64,000 nt of DNA. Source: a virus. The position numbers and the translations under genes are program-made. Shown here piece after piece: positions 24,377-31,098 of the stretch. Position 1 is the stretch's first letter. Each line of letters starts with the position of its first letter. Location of the stretch: IMG/VR virus record IMGVR_UViG_3300045988_081376, one strand, 5' to 3'. The notes beneath the pieces were generated by a model that was not told where the DNA came from, did no database searches, and worked only from the letters and a program-made list of their open reading frames with translations.

Positions 24377-24562
24377 AATTGCACAATTATCTTGAATCGC
24401 AATTGTGCAATTTGCTAAATCGGTTGTAATTGCGCAATTTATATTGACAATTGTGCAATTACGGTTTATTATAGGCACATAAAGCAATTGAGCAATTTAC
24501 CACAAGGGATAACGCTTACATTACAGGAGGAATGAAAATGACAGTAAAGGAATTGTGCAATT
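24377..24562. promoter_or_regulatory. array of six 12-bp operators AATTG-NN-CAATT
   Basis: 24377-88 (AATTGCACAATT), 24401-12, 24428-39 (AATTGCGCAATT), 24449-60, 24486-97 (AATTGAGCAATT) and 24551-62. Unlabelled copies are AATTGTGCAATT. Confidence 0.7.
24444..24472 (+). promoter_or_regulatory. rightward promoter of the accessory module
   Basis: TTGACA (24444-49), 17-nt spacer, TATTAT (24467-72). The -35 overlaps operator 4. Confidence 0.6.
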
Positions 24563-24756
24563 TGATTAAGTTCTACCCCGACGACGATAGAAAGATGGGA
24601 ATCTACATTTCAGCCGACGGAGCAACAAAGGACTTCGACCCGGCCGTTGCAATTGAGTTAGCCGCCTATGGCGATTTCGTCATCTCCGAAATTGGCATAA
24701 GTTCGAGAGGCGCAGAAATCGAGATCAAGCGCGAATTTGTAAAGGCCATCACCTGA
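24532..24756 (+). CDS. small protein, family A (paralog of 35270..35485)
   Basis: Shares TVK.L.N.I.F, AAYGDFV and the E(I/L)..K..FVKA C-terminus with 35270..35485. RBS AGGAGG. Confidence 0.55.
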   Translation: MKMTVKELCNLIKFYPDDDRKMGIYISADGATKDFDPAVAIELAAYGDFVISEIGISSRGAEIEIKREFVKAIT

Positions 24757-24830
24757 TCGGCGCTGCTTCTGGGCGGTTGAGCATATCAGCCGCACCCCAC
24801 GAAATCAAAACCAAAAAAGGAGAAATAACC

Positions 24831-24980
24831 ATGCTTCCCATCAAGAACATTCTTGACAGCCTGCGCGATGATGTTTTATCCGGCAAGATCACGCTTCACG
24901 AGGCAGCCGAGGAACTGCACGAAAGCGGATGGATGAACTTCATCGACGAGGACGCGGCCCGCCGCCTTCTCAAACTGTGA
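24831..24980 (+). CDS. hypothetical small protein
   Basis: MLPIKNILDSLRDD... behind AAAGGAG. Confidence 0.4.
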   Translation: MLPIKNILDSLRDDVLSGKITLHEAAEELHESGWMNFIDEDAARRLLKL

Positions 24981-25017
24981 CCAGAAATTTAAAACCATAA
25001 AACGGAGGATCTCAACC

Positions 25018-26301
25018 ATGAAAACCACTTCCATTAAATTCTTTTACAACGGTATCAAGCTCAACGGCGAGAACAAGCTTTTAAAGTGCTTCTACAGCAT
25101 CGATAACAGCACCGCCGAGTCCGGCCCCTGCGTCACCATCTACGCCCGCGATTATTCCGATCTTCCGCGCGACGTGTTCCCCGTCGAGAATGACACAGAT
25201 ATTTATACCGACTATTTCGACAGCGACCGCGCCACCCTCACGCCCGCGCACCCGCTTTATAAGTATGCCCGCGCCGCCGCCATCAAGGCCGATCTGCGCG
25301 ACTCTGTGCCCTACCTCGAGAAGCTGGAGCGCACGCTGAACAGCGGCAAGCTTGCCCCCTGGCAGAACGCCGATACCCTGAAAATTGACGTGGAAAGCCG
25401 CCGCGCGAAGGTCGAGCAGTACCGCGCCGAGCTGGAACAGCTCCCGAAGACTCACCCTACCGCCGCCGACCTCGCCGAGATCGACGCCATGAAGACCGCC
25501 GCCGAGAACGCCCGCCGCGCCCGTGAACAGGCTGAACAGCTCGAAGCGCGTGAAAAGATGCTGCGCCAGCGCGCCGAGGGTCGCGCCTATATCGAAGGGA
25601 TCGCCCAGCAGCACCCGATCACCGAGGGCGCGCCCTATGTGGAAATTCCCTTTTCTGAAAATCCCGCCTTTTATGCCTTCAACGACCAGACCGACAAAAC
25701 CGGCGAACCCCTGCGCCTTTCCGTCGCCGCTGCGGAAATCGTCCTGAAGCATTTTGATGAACAGGCCGCCGCCGAGAATCGCGGCTATGACAAGACCGAT
25801 TTTGTCATTCATTACATCGACGACAACGGCGAGCCGTCCACCTATTCCGGCCGCTACGATCTCGGCGACAACGACGGCATGATCGCCCATATCCGCAGTT
25901 TTGGCGAGTTCCTGCGCGACAAGGGGAATCTTGGAAATGGCAATCCCAGCGACGAAGATAAAGAAGCCGGAGCCGCTATTGTCGAGTTTTCCGACATGCT
26001 CGAAGGATACACCGCCGGCGGGCACGTCGTCTCCGTTGATTTCGCCCCGTGGCTGGATGACTACGCCCGCCGCAAGGCAGAACAGCAAGCCGCCGAAGAA
26101 CAGGCCGCCCGCGCGAGCTTCGAAGAGACGCTCGCAATGCTCGAAATGCTCACAGACGAGCAGCTGGAAGCCGCCATTTTCAGTATTGACCCGAACGACA
26201 CCGAGAACGCCGACATCGCCCGCTTTTTCTTCCAGCAGCTCGCCAAGCGCGACAAGTCCCACGCCGTCGAGGTGCTGCGCCGCTGGAACTCTCAAAACTG
26301 A
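25018..26301 (+). CDS. large acidic protein, unknown function
   Basis: 427 aa with a good RBS (GGAGG). D/E-rich blocks flank a central coiled coil. The antisense 511-aa ORF is a shadow. Confidence 0.6.
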   Translation: MKTTSIKFFYNGIKLNGENKLLKCFYSIDNSTAESGPCVTIYARDYSDLPRDVFPVENDTDIYTDYFDSDRATLTPAHPLYKYARAAAIKADLRDSVPYLEKLERTLNSGKLAPWQNADTLKIDVESRRAKVEQYRAELEQLPKTHPTAADLAEIDAMKTAAENARRAREQAEQLEAREKMLRQRAEGRAYIEGIAQQHPITEGAPYVEIPFSENPAFYAFNDQTDKTGEPLRLSVAAAEIVLKHFDEQAAAENRGYDKTDFVIHYIDDNGEPSTYSGRYDLGDNDGMIAHIRSFGEFLRDKGNLGNGNPSDEDKEAGAAIVEFSDMLEGYTAGGHVVSVDFAPWLDDYARRKAEQQAAEEQAARASFEETLAMLEMLTDEQLEAAIFSIDPNDTENADIARFFFQQLAKRDKSHAVEVLRRWNSQN

Positions 26302-26364
26302 ACAGCGGCACACGATCAACTGAACAGCCCAGCCCCGGAGGTCACGAGGGCAGAAAGGACACCT

Positions 26365-26631
26365 ATGAAAGCTAAACTGAACGATGCGCAGGCCCGCGCA
26401 TATATCGCGGGCGAATCGAGCGAACCCGTGCAGGAGATTGAGCGTAAACACATTCTCCGCCTTGTGTCCGCTTTGCAGGAGGCTGCAGAGCGTCCCGGCA
26501 TGAACCTCGCAAACCTGTGCAAAACCGCCGACCGCTATGTGGAAAATCATCAGAACACAGAAAACCGGCAGGAGCTTTCCTTGCTGATTGCGGCCCGTGA
26601 CGCCATCAAATCCCAATCAAATGAACAATGA
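26365..26631 (+). CDS. hypothetical protein
   Basis: ORF track. RBS-like GAAAGGA upstream. Confidence 0.45.
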   Translation: MKAKLNDAQARAYIAGESSEPVQEIERKHILRLVSALQEAAERPGMNLANLCKTADRYVENHQNTENRQELSLLIAARDAIKSQSNEQ

Positions 26632-26689
26632 TTCGATGAAATCGAATCTGGTCCAGGAACCGCAAGAGTGCGAAAGGAGATCACCCCCC

Positions 26690-26905
26690 ATGTTTATGGT
26701 TTACTTCAAAGGCCCCAGAGACAAACAGCATAAGCCCATGAGCCTGAACACCGGCGAGCTGTTTAATCGCCTCGTTTATGCGCCCGTCTATGATGACGAC
26801 CTCCTCCCCGCCGTCAAGTCGTGGATCGACCTGAACAAGAAGCGCGCCCCCGATTGCTCCATTCAGTGCCGCATCCCCGGCACATCGAAAGTCATTTACG
26901 CCTGA
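26690..26905 (+). CDS. hypothetical protein
   Basis: MFMVYFKGPRDKQHKP... behind AAAGGAG. Confidence 0.4.
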   Translation: MFMVYFKGPRDKQHKPMSLNTGELFNRLVYAPVYDDDLLPAVKSWIDLNKKRAPDCSIQCRIPGTSKVIYA

Positions 26906-26943
26906 ACATCCCCCACAAAACCGCCCGGAAAGGAGCCCCCGTC

Positions 26944-27036
26944 ATGACCACTTTTTTCATCTTTGTTGGCGTCTCGACCACCGTCTACCACCTCATGCGC
27001 GTTCTTATCTATATCGACACCGGCGAAAAATGGTAA
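26944..27036 (+). CDS. 30-aa hydrophobic peptide
   Basis: MTTFFIFVGVSTTVYHLMRVLIYIDTGEKW behind AAAGGAG. Confidence 0.3.
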   Translation: MTTFFIFVGVSTTVYHLMRVLIYIDTGEKW

Positions 27037-27073
27037 GGCGGCAAAAACTCCCCTTGGAGTATCGGCATATAAT
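27037..27073 (+). promoter_or_regulatory. conserved promoter box, copy 1 (GGCGGCAAAAA ... TATAAT)
   Basis: GGCGGCAAAAACTCCCCTTGGAGTATCGGCATATAAT. Confidence 0.5.
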
Positions 27074-27109
27074 GAAAGCAGAATCTGAACAGAAAAGGAG
27101 AATATCGCC

Positions 27110-27823
27110 ATGCTGACCACTGAGCAGACCCTCGAGCGCGTTTTGCGCATCGCCCGCAGCCTCCCGGAAACGGAACGGCAGTATTTTGATTTTGCCCAGA
27201 AGCACCCGGTCGATTGCGGTAAGAATCACTCGGCAATCGGCGTCCAGTTGTCCGCCCTCGTCATCGACCTGCGCGAAACCATCGCCACCGAGGAAGAATG
27301 CAAGCGCGGACGTGCCGCCCCGTATGCCGCCGCCAAGCGCATCTGCAAGCGCACCGTCGACCGCAACAGCCACCGCCCCAGCACGCAGGGCGCGTGGATC
27401 GACTCCGAAGGCAAGCAATGCCTCTGCGACGGCATGACCGGCGTTCGCCTGAACAGCCCCTTCAAATTGGCCGTAGCCCCTGAGCCTGAATGTGGCGAGC
27501 GATTCGACCTCGACGCCGTGATCCGTCCCATTCGTCTGAACAGCATCGCCCTGAAATCTCTGCCCGCCGAGGTTCGCGCCAAAATCAAATCCGACCGCGC
27601 CGAATACAAAGCGAGCGGTCGGTCTAAATACGAGTCGTTCGTTTCGACGTATGACTTCGGCGTGGGTCTTCCGTTGGTCAACGCGGAATATCTCCTTGAT
27701 CTGCTCGAGCTTTTTCCTGATTGCGAAATCTACGCGCACGATAATCCGCTCTACCCCATTTACTTCAAAAGCGTCTCCAGTGAAGCCGTCCTTTGCCCCA
27801 TCCGCAAAAGCGAAAAGGGCTGA
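27110..27823 (+). CDS. hypothetical protein with a sliding-clamp-like C-terminal motif
   Basis: LVNAEYLLDLLELFPD...PIYFKS..EAVLCPIR is reminiscent of the DnaN domain III motifs (NAKYLLD... / ...MPMR). Weak. Confidence 0.5.
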   Translation: MLTTEQTLERVLRIARSLPETERQYFDFAQKHPVDCGKNHSAIGVQLSALVIDLRETIATEEECKRGRAAPYAAAKRICKRTVDRNSHRPSTQGAWIDSEGKQCLCDGMTGVRLNSPFKLAVAPEPECGERFDLDAVIRPIRLNSIALKSLPAEVRAKIKSDRAEYKASGRSKYESFVSTYDFGVGLPLVNAEYLLDLLELFPDCEIYAHDNPLYPIYFKSVSSEAVLCPIRKSEKG

Positions 27824-27841
27824 ACGGAACAGGAGTGCGTC

Positions 27842-28066
27842 ATGACCTACGACGTTTTTGATGCGGGCTATTCCCCGCCAGATCCGCGAAACCCCGGCCG
27901 CTATCTCGGCAGCGTCGAGATTCCCACCGCCCGTGAGGGAGTCCCGAACCGCGCCGCGCTCCGCTTTCTCGACCACCTCGACCGGACGCGCCGCAATGCC
28001 TACAGTGCCCGTTTCAATCTCGTGTCCCCCGCCGAGCGAAAAATCTACAAAAACTTTTTCGTGTGA
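27842..28066 (+). CDS. hypothetical protein
   Basis: ORF track. Confidence 0.4.
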   Translation: MTYDVFDAGYSPPDPRNPGRYLGSVEIPTAREGVPNRAALRFLDHLDRTRRNAYSARFNLVSPAERKIYKNFFV

Positions 28067-28070
28067 ACAG

Positions 28071-28106
28071 GGCGGCAAAAATTCGTTTGGAGCCACTGCG
28101 TATAAT
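28071..28106 (+). promoter_or_regulatory. conserved promoter box, copy 2 (GGCGGCAAAAATTCGTTTGG ... TATAAT)
   Basis: GGCGGCAAAAATTCGTTTGGAGCCACTGCGTATAAT. Confidence 0.55.
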
Positions 28107-28111
28107 AATAC

Positions 28112-28347
28112 TTGAGGGCGGGAGATCAAACCCTCCCATGAGCGCGCGGCAGACATACGGGTGCGCCGGGTCTGCGCCGTGCAATAGTCCCGACGTCGCG
28201 CCGCCCTCGCTCCATGGCCTCCTTTCTGTTATATAAGCCCTTCCGTAAGAAAGGCTGCGCTGGTGTTGCGAGTGAATCCGTCTCCGGCGTCCCGCGGGCA
28301 GTTCGCGCAGGAACGGTGGTTGAGGTGCGGGAACGCACCTCAACCAC
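28112..28347 (+). ncRNA. ORF-free, highly structured leader or ncRNA upstream of the HNH gene
   Basis: Long-range pair GAGGGCGG (28114-21) / CCGCCCTC (28201-08) with several internal GC helices. Ends in a 14-bp GGAA-tetraloop hairpin at 28316-28347. Confidence 0.4.
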
Positions 28348-28372
28348 GAGCTGAGAATGAAAGTGGTTTTGT

Positions 28373-28912
28373 ATGGAAGAAATCTGGAAGGAAATCGAAG
28401 GGTTCCGTGGGAAATACTTCGTGAGCAATTGGGGGCGTGTCAAAAATAAAGCCGGTCGAATTATCAGCCAGCACGCTCGAAAAAGCAGATATAACTATGT
28501 TGAAGTAGAACTGTGGCTGGACACCGTCAGGCATTTGTGCAAAGTGCATCGTTTAGTGGCAAAAGCATTCGTTGAAAATCCGTGTCATTATCCAGAGGTC
28601 AATCACAAAGACGAAAACCATCTCAACAACCGAGCCGATAATTTAGAATGGTGCGACCATCTATATAATTGCAGATACGGGACGAGGGGAGCTCGCATAG
28701 GTGCAAAGCTTTCTCGATCGGTCATCCAGTTGAAAAACGGGGAAATCGTCGCCGTATGGGACAGTGTTAGAGCCGCTGAAAAAGCAGGGTACACCCGCGC
28801 AAGCATCGTAAGATGCTGTAACGGAGAATATTCGCACCATAAGGGATACCAATGGGAATTCTTTAATGCGGGCATAGCTCAGCTAAGAAGAGCGCACGAG
28901 CCATATTCGTGA
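28373..28912 (+). CDS. HNH homing endonuclease (NUMOD4-like N-terminus plus HNH_3)
   Basis: WKEIEGFRGKYFVSNWGRV, then VHRLVAKAF..EVNHKDENHLNNRADNLEW. The 3' end runs into the first tRNA-like gene. Confidence 0.8.
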   Translation: MEEIWKEIEGFRGKYFVSNWGRVKNKAGRIISQHARKSRYNYVEVELWLDTVRHLCKVHRLVAKAFVENPCHYPEVNHKDENHLNNRADNLEWCDHLYNCRYGTRGARIGAKLSRSVIQLKNGEIVAVWDSVRAAEKAGYTRASIVRCCNGEYSHHKGYQWEFFNAGIAQLRRAHEPYS

Positions 28913-28941
28913 GGTCGTGGGGGCGGAACCCACTGCCCGCA
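28868..28941 (+). tRNA. tRNA-like gene, anticodon CAU, non-canonical loops
   Basis: Perfect stems: GCGGGCA/TGCCCGC, GCTC/GAGC, CACGA/TCGTG, GTGGG/CCCAC. But the D-loop AGCTAAGAA lacks GG, the T-loop is GGCGGAA, the anticodon loop is GCCATAT (C33), and no CCA is encoded. Confidence 0.45.
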
Positions 28942-29240
28942 AAATCAAATGAAAGGGGCGAGTTATCGAATGTATTTTTACGAGCCTTCTTGCGCTGCGA
29001 TCAGGCTCATCGCGCAAATACTCGCCCTTGCGGTCTACTTGATCTCCCACCCGATCATGCCCGCAGAATCGTATCAGCGCCCCGCGCAGGCGCACAAGTG
29101 CGGTGATGGAAGACTCTATACCACGGGGTTTATCTAGTGCCGATTTGTGGGTGGGAATTGTGAAATGCAACTAATAGGGCGTTCTATCGGAGCGAGGATT
29201 GAGCGAAAGACTCCCCTCGCCGCCCTCGTTCCGATATATG

Positions 29241-29316
29241 CGGCGGTAGCTCAGCAGGCAGAGCATCAGACTTCCAATCTGAGGGTCGCGGGTTCGAGAC
29301 CCGTCCGCCGCTCCAC
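29241..29316 (+). tRNA. tRNA-Gly(UCC)
   Basis: GCGGCGG acceptor, GCTC-AGCAGGCA-GAGC, TCAGA-CTTCCAA-TCTGA, GCGGG-TTCGAGA-CCCGT, U73, encoded CCA. Confidence 0.9.
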
Positions 29317-29435
29317 GCGCCACTTTGGTGGGCGCTTCATGGTTTTTCTCCTCGCTATAAAAAGGCTCCAGCGGGCGGCAAATCGCTGGATCGGATGAAA
29401 AGCCCCGACGGCGGGAGGAAATGCCCGCCATATAT

Positions 29436-29539
29436 GGAGACGTGACAGAACGGCAATGTAAGATCCGCTCCGGGCAGTTAGGTGGGACATCTCCCGGTAG
29501 CGAAACCACCGTGCGGGGTTCGAGTCCCCGCCGTCTCCA
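29436..29539 (+). tRNA. 104-nt tRNA-like element, anticodon not assignable
   Basis: GGAGACG/CGTCTCC acceptor, ACA-GAACGGCAA-TGT D arm, CGGGG-TTCGAGT-CCCCG T arm. The centre forms crossing helices instead of an anticodon arm. Confidence 0.35.
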
Positions 29540-29630
29540 CAAAAGCGCCCCTTGCGGAGTTGGTGGCGCTATACAAGTAAAGGAAACCGACGCCAGATCG
29601 CCCGCCATGGCGTAAACAAGGCGGGGATTT

Positions 29631-29709
29631 GCATCCGTAGCTCAGAGGGGCAGAGCGTCGAGGAATTTCACGCCTCTAAATGTCGCCGGTTCGAGTCCGG
29701 CCGGATGCA
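29631..29709 (+). tRNA. tRNA-Glu(UUC)-like, 79 nt, expanded anticodon arm
   Basis: GCATCCG/CGGATGC acceptor with canonical D and T arms (GCCGG-TTCGAGT-CCGGC). Anticodon arm is GAGG-AATTTCACG-CCTC, i.e. a 9-nt loop, or ATTTCAC closed by A.G. Confidence 0.5.
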
Positions 29710-29920
29710 CTAATTCGACGTGGACGCCGCGAGTGGATAGCGTTTTAGCGGAGCAGCCGCCTGGCCGATGCGAAGTCCTGAAGTAAGGCCCTCAAGTGCC
29801 GATGTTGTAATTGCGCCTATGGTTCTCTGGCTAAAGCGGCACACGGATAGAACCCGACAGCCGGGAAAGACCGGCACAGGACCCCGCGCACCTCTCAACG
29901 ATGTGTCCCAGCGGGGACAT

Positions 29921-29995
29921 ACAGGCGTAGCCAAATGGTAAGGCATGGGACTTTGACTCCCAGATATGCAGGTTCGACCCCTGCCGCTTGCACCA
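29921..29995 (+). tRNA. tRNA-Gln(UUG)
   Basis: GCCAAATGGTAAGGC D arm, TGGGA-CTTTGAC-TCCCA, GCAGG-TTCGACC-CCTGC, A1.C72 mismatch, encoded CCA. Confidence 0.85.
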
Positions 29996-30026
29996 TCCAA
30001 ATTTTCACGAAAGGAGGCCCATCCCA

Positions 30027-30302
30027 ATGACCAAACCCGAGTTGATCGACAAGCTTGCCGAGGAAGCCGGCACCACCAAGGCGCAGGCTGAGCGCGATCT
30101 CACCGCCCTGTATTCCATCATCACTGCCGCCCTGGTTGGCGGCGATAGCGTCGCCATCCCTGGTATCGGCAAGTTCGAAGTCAAGGAGCGCGCCGAGCGC
30201 AAGGGGCGCAACCCCTCGACCGGCGAAAGCGTCATCATCCCCGCGAGCAAGGCCGTCACCTTCAAGGCGGCCAAAACGCTCAAGGACGCCGTTCGCGGCT
30301 GA
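30027..30302 (+). CDS. HU/IHF-family DNA-binding protein
   Basis: MTKPELIDKLAEEAG.TKAQAE..L......I..AL..GD.V...G.GKFEVKERAERKGRNP.TGE...IPA....FKA.K.LKDAV is a full-length HU pattern. RBS AAGGAGG. Confidence 0.9.
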   Translation: MTKPELIDKLAEEAGTTKAQAERDLTALYSIITAALVGGDSVAIPGIGKFEVKERAERKGRNPSTGESVIIPASKAVTFKAAKTLKDAVRG

Positions 30303-30317
30303 TCTCTAAACGGAAAC

Positions 30318-30355
30318 GCCCCGAGCGCGCACAAAGCCGCTCGGGGCTTGCCCTT
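30318..30355 (+). terminator. hairpin terminator after the HU gene
   Basis: GCCCCGAGCG / CGCTCGGGGC followed by TTGCCCTT (weak T-run). Confidence 0.45.
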
Positions 30356-30378
30356 AAAATCGAAATTTTTAGTATATC

Positions 30379-30402
30379 AGAAAATCCAATTTTGGATTTT
30401 CT
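30379..30402. promoter_or_regulatory. 24-bp perfect palindrome AGAAAATCCAA-TT-TTGGATTTTCT
   Basis: 11-bp arms. Lies just downstream of a weak TTGCCC-N16/17-TAGTAT promoter and upstream of 30465..32184. Confidence 0.5.
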
Positions 30403-30464
30403 AATACGCTAAGACATAAGGAAAACGAGGCAAAGACTTCACCCCAACAGAAGGAGGAACCCCC

Positions 30465-31097
30465 ATGCCATCTGCCATCAACTTAACCGGCCAGCGGTTC
30501 GGACATCTTCGAGTAATCAGACCCATGAAAACACGTTCATATGGAAGTTTAAAATGGCTTTGCGTATGCGACTGTGGAAAGGAAACCATTGTCGCCGGCG
30601 GGCATCTGCGGTCAGGGCATACAAAGTCCTGCGGGTGTCAAAGAAATGCAATAAATCCTATGAAGACACACGGCGAATCGAAAACGCGCTTGTATAACGT
30701 TTGGCTTCTCATGCGGAGAAGATGCTCCAACCCAAAAGCCAAAGAATATGCTCGATACGGCGGTAGAGGTATCGCTGTTTGCGAAGAATGGCAGAACAGT
30801 TTCGAAGCGTTCCGCGACTGGGCGCTTGCAAACGGGTATAATAAAAATGCCGCCTATGGTGAATGCACCCTCGACCGCATTGATGTGAACGGGAACTACT
30901 GTCCAGAGAATTGCCGATGGGCCAATGAATTGGTTCAGGCAAACAATCGGCGTTCAAATCGCGTATTTGAAATTAACGGGCAAGCAAAAACGTTAGCAGA
31001 ATGGTGTCGGATGACCGGCGCTTGCGATTCGACAGTTCGCCGCAGAATTGCCCGTGGGGTTCGGGTAGAAAATCTATTCAAGAAAGGGCGGGTTTAA
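30465..31097 (+). CDS. HNH/AP2-like homing-endonuclease-family protein, paralog 3 (long form)
   Basis: [57 protein letters not shown]-terminal [25 protein letters not shown]. Confidence 0.7.
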   Translation: MPSAINLTGQRFGHLRVIRPMKTRSYGSLKWLCVCDCGKETIVAGGHLRSGHTKSCGCQRNAINPMKTHGESKTRLYNVWLLMRRRCSNPKAKEYARYGGRGIAVCEEWQNSFEAFRDWALANGYNKNAAYGECTLDRIDVNGNYCPENCRWANELVQANNRRSNRVFEINGQAKTLAEWCRMTGACDSTVRRRIARGVRVENLFKKGRV

Positions 31098-31098
31098 A

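Noticed and set aside
25081-26616. 511-aa minus-strand ORF, the longest in this area
   Set aside because: It is antisense to the RBS-preceded + strand gene 25018..26301. Its G/A/V/L-rich low-complexity translation has no motifs and no RBS, the typical shadow ORF of GC-rich DNA.
22403-28090. The 20-nt inverted repeat (22403-22422 and 28071-28090) as the ends of a 5.7-kb invertible segment acted on by integrase 2
   Set aside because: Both copies, and a third related copy at 27037, sit at a fixed distance upstream of a -10 hexamer that faces a gene. This fits a shared promoter or activator box better. Inversion would not change any promoter-gene connection.
27005-28156. 383-aa minus-strand ORF
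   Set aside because: It is antisense to three + strand genes that have RBSs and a conserved promoter box, and its composition is shadow-like. The same reasoning applies to 31519..32199 (-) and 34368..35093 (-).
28112-29240. Group I intron carrying the HNH ORF, or a HEARO/IscB-type omega RNA
   Set aside because: I found no split host gene or exon halves flanking the region. The HNH protein is a small NUMOD4/HNH_3 homing enzyme without a RuvC domain, so it is not IscB. The intron-like idea is kept only as a low-weight option within the repeat-bracketed cassette finding.
29710-29920. A sixth tRNA in the 210-nt spacer between the Glu-like and Gln tRNAs
   Set aside because: Several hairpins are present (GCCGG-gaaaga-CCGGC; TGTCCC-agcg-GGGACA). 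But there is no acceptor/T-arm pair and no TTCRA T-loop, so it is treated as a structured spacer.
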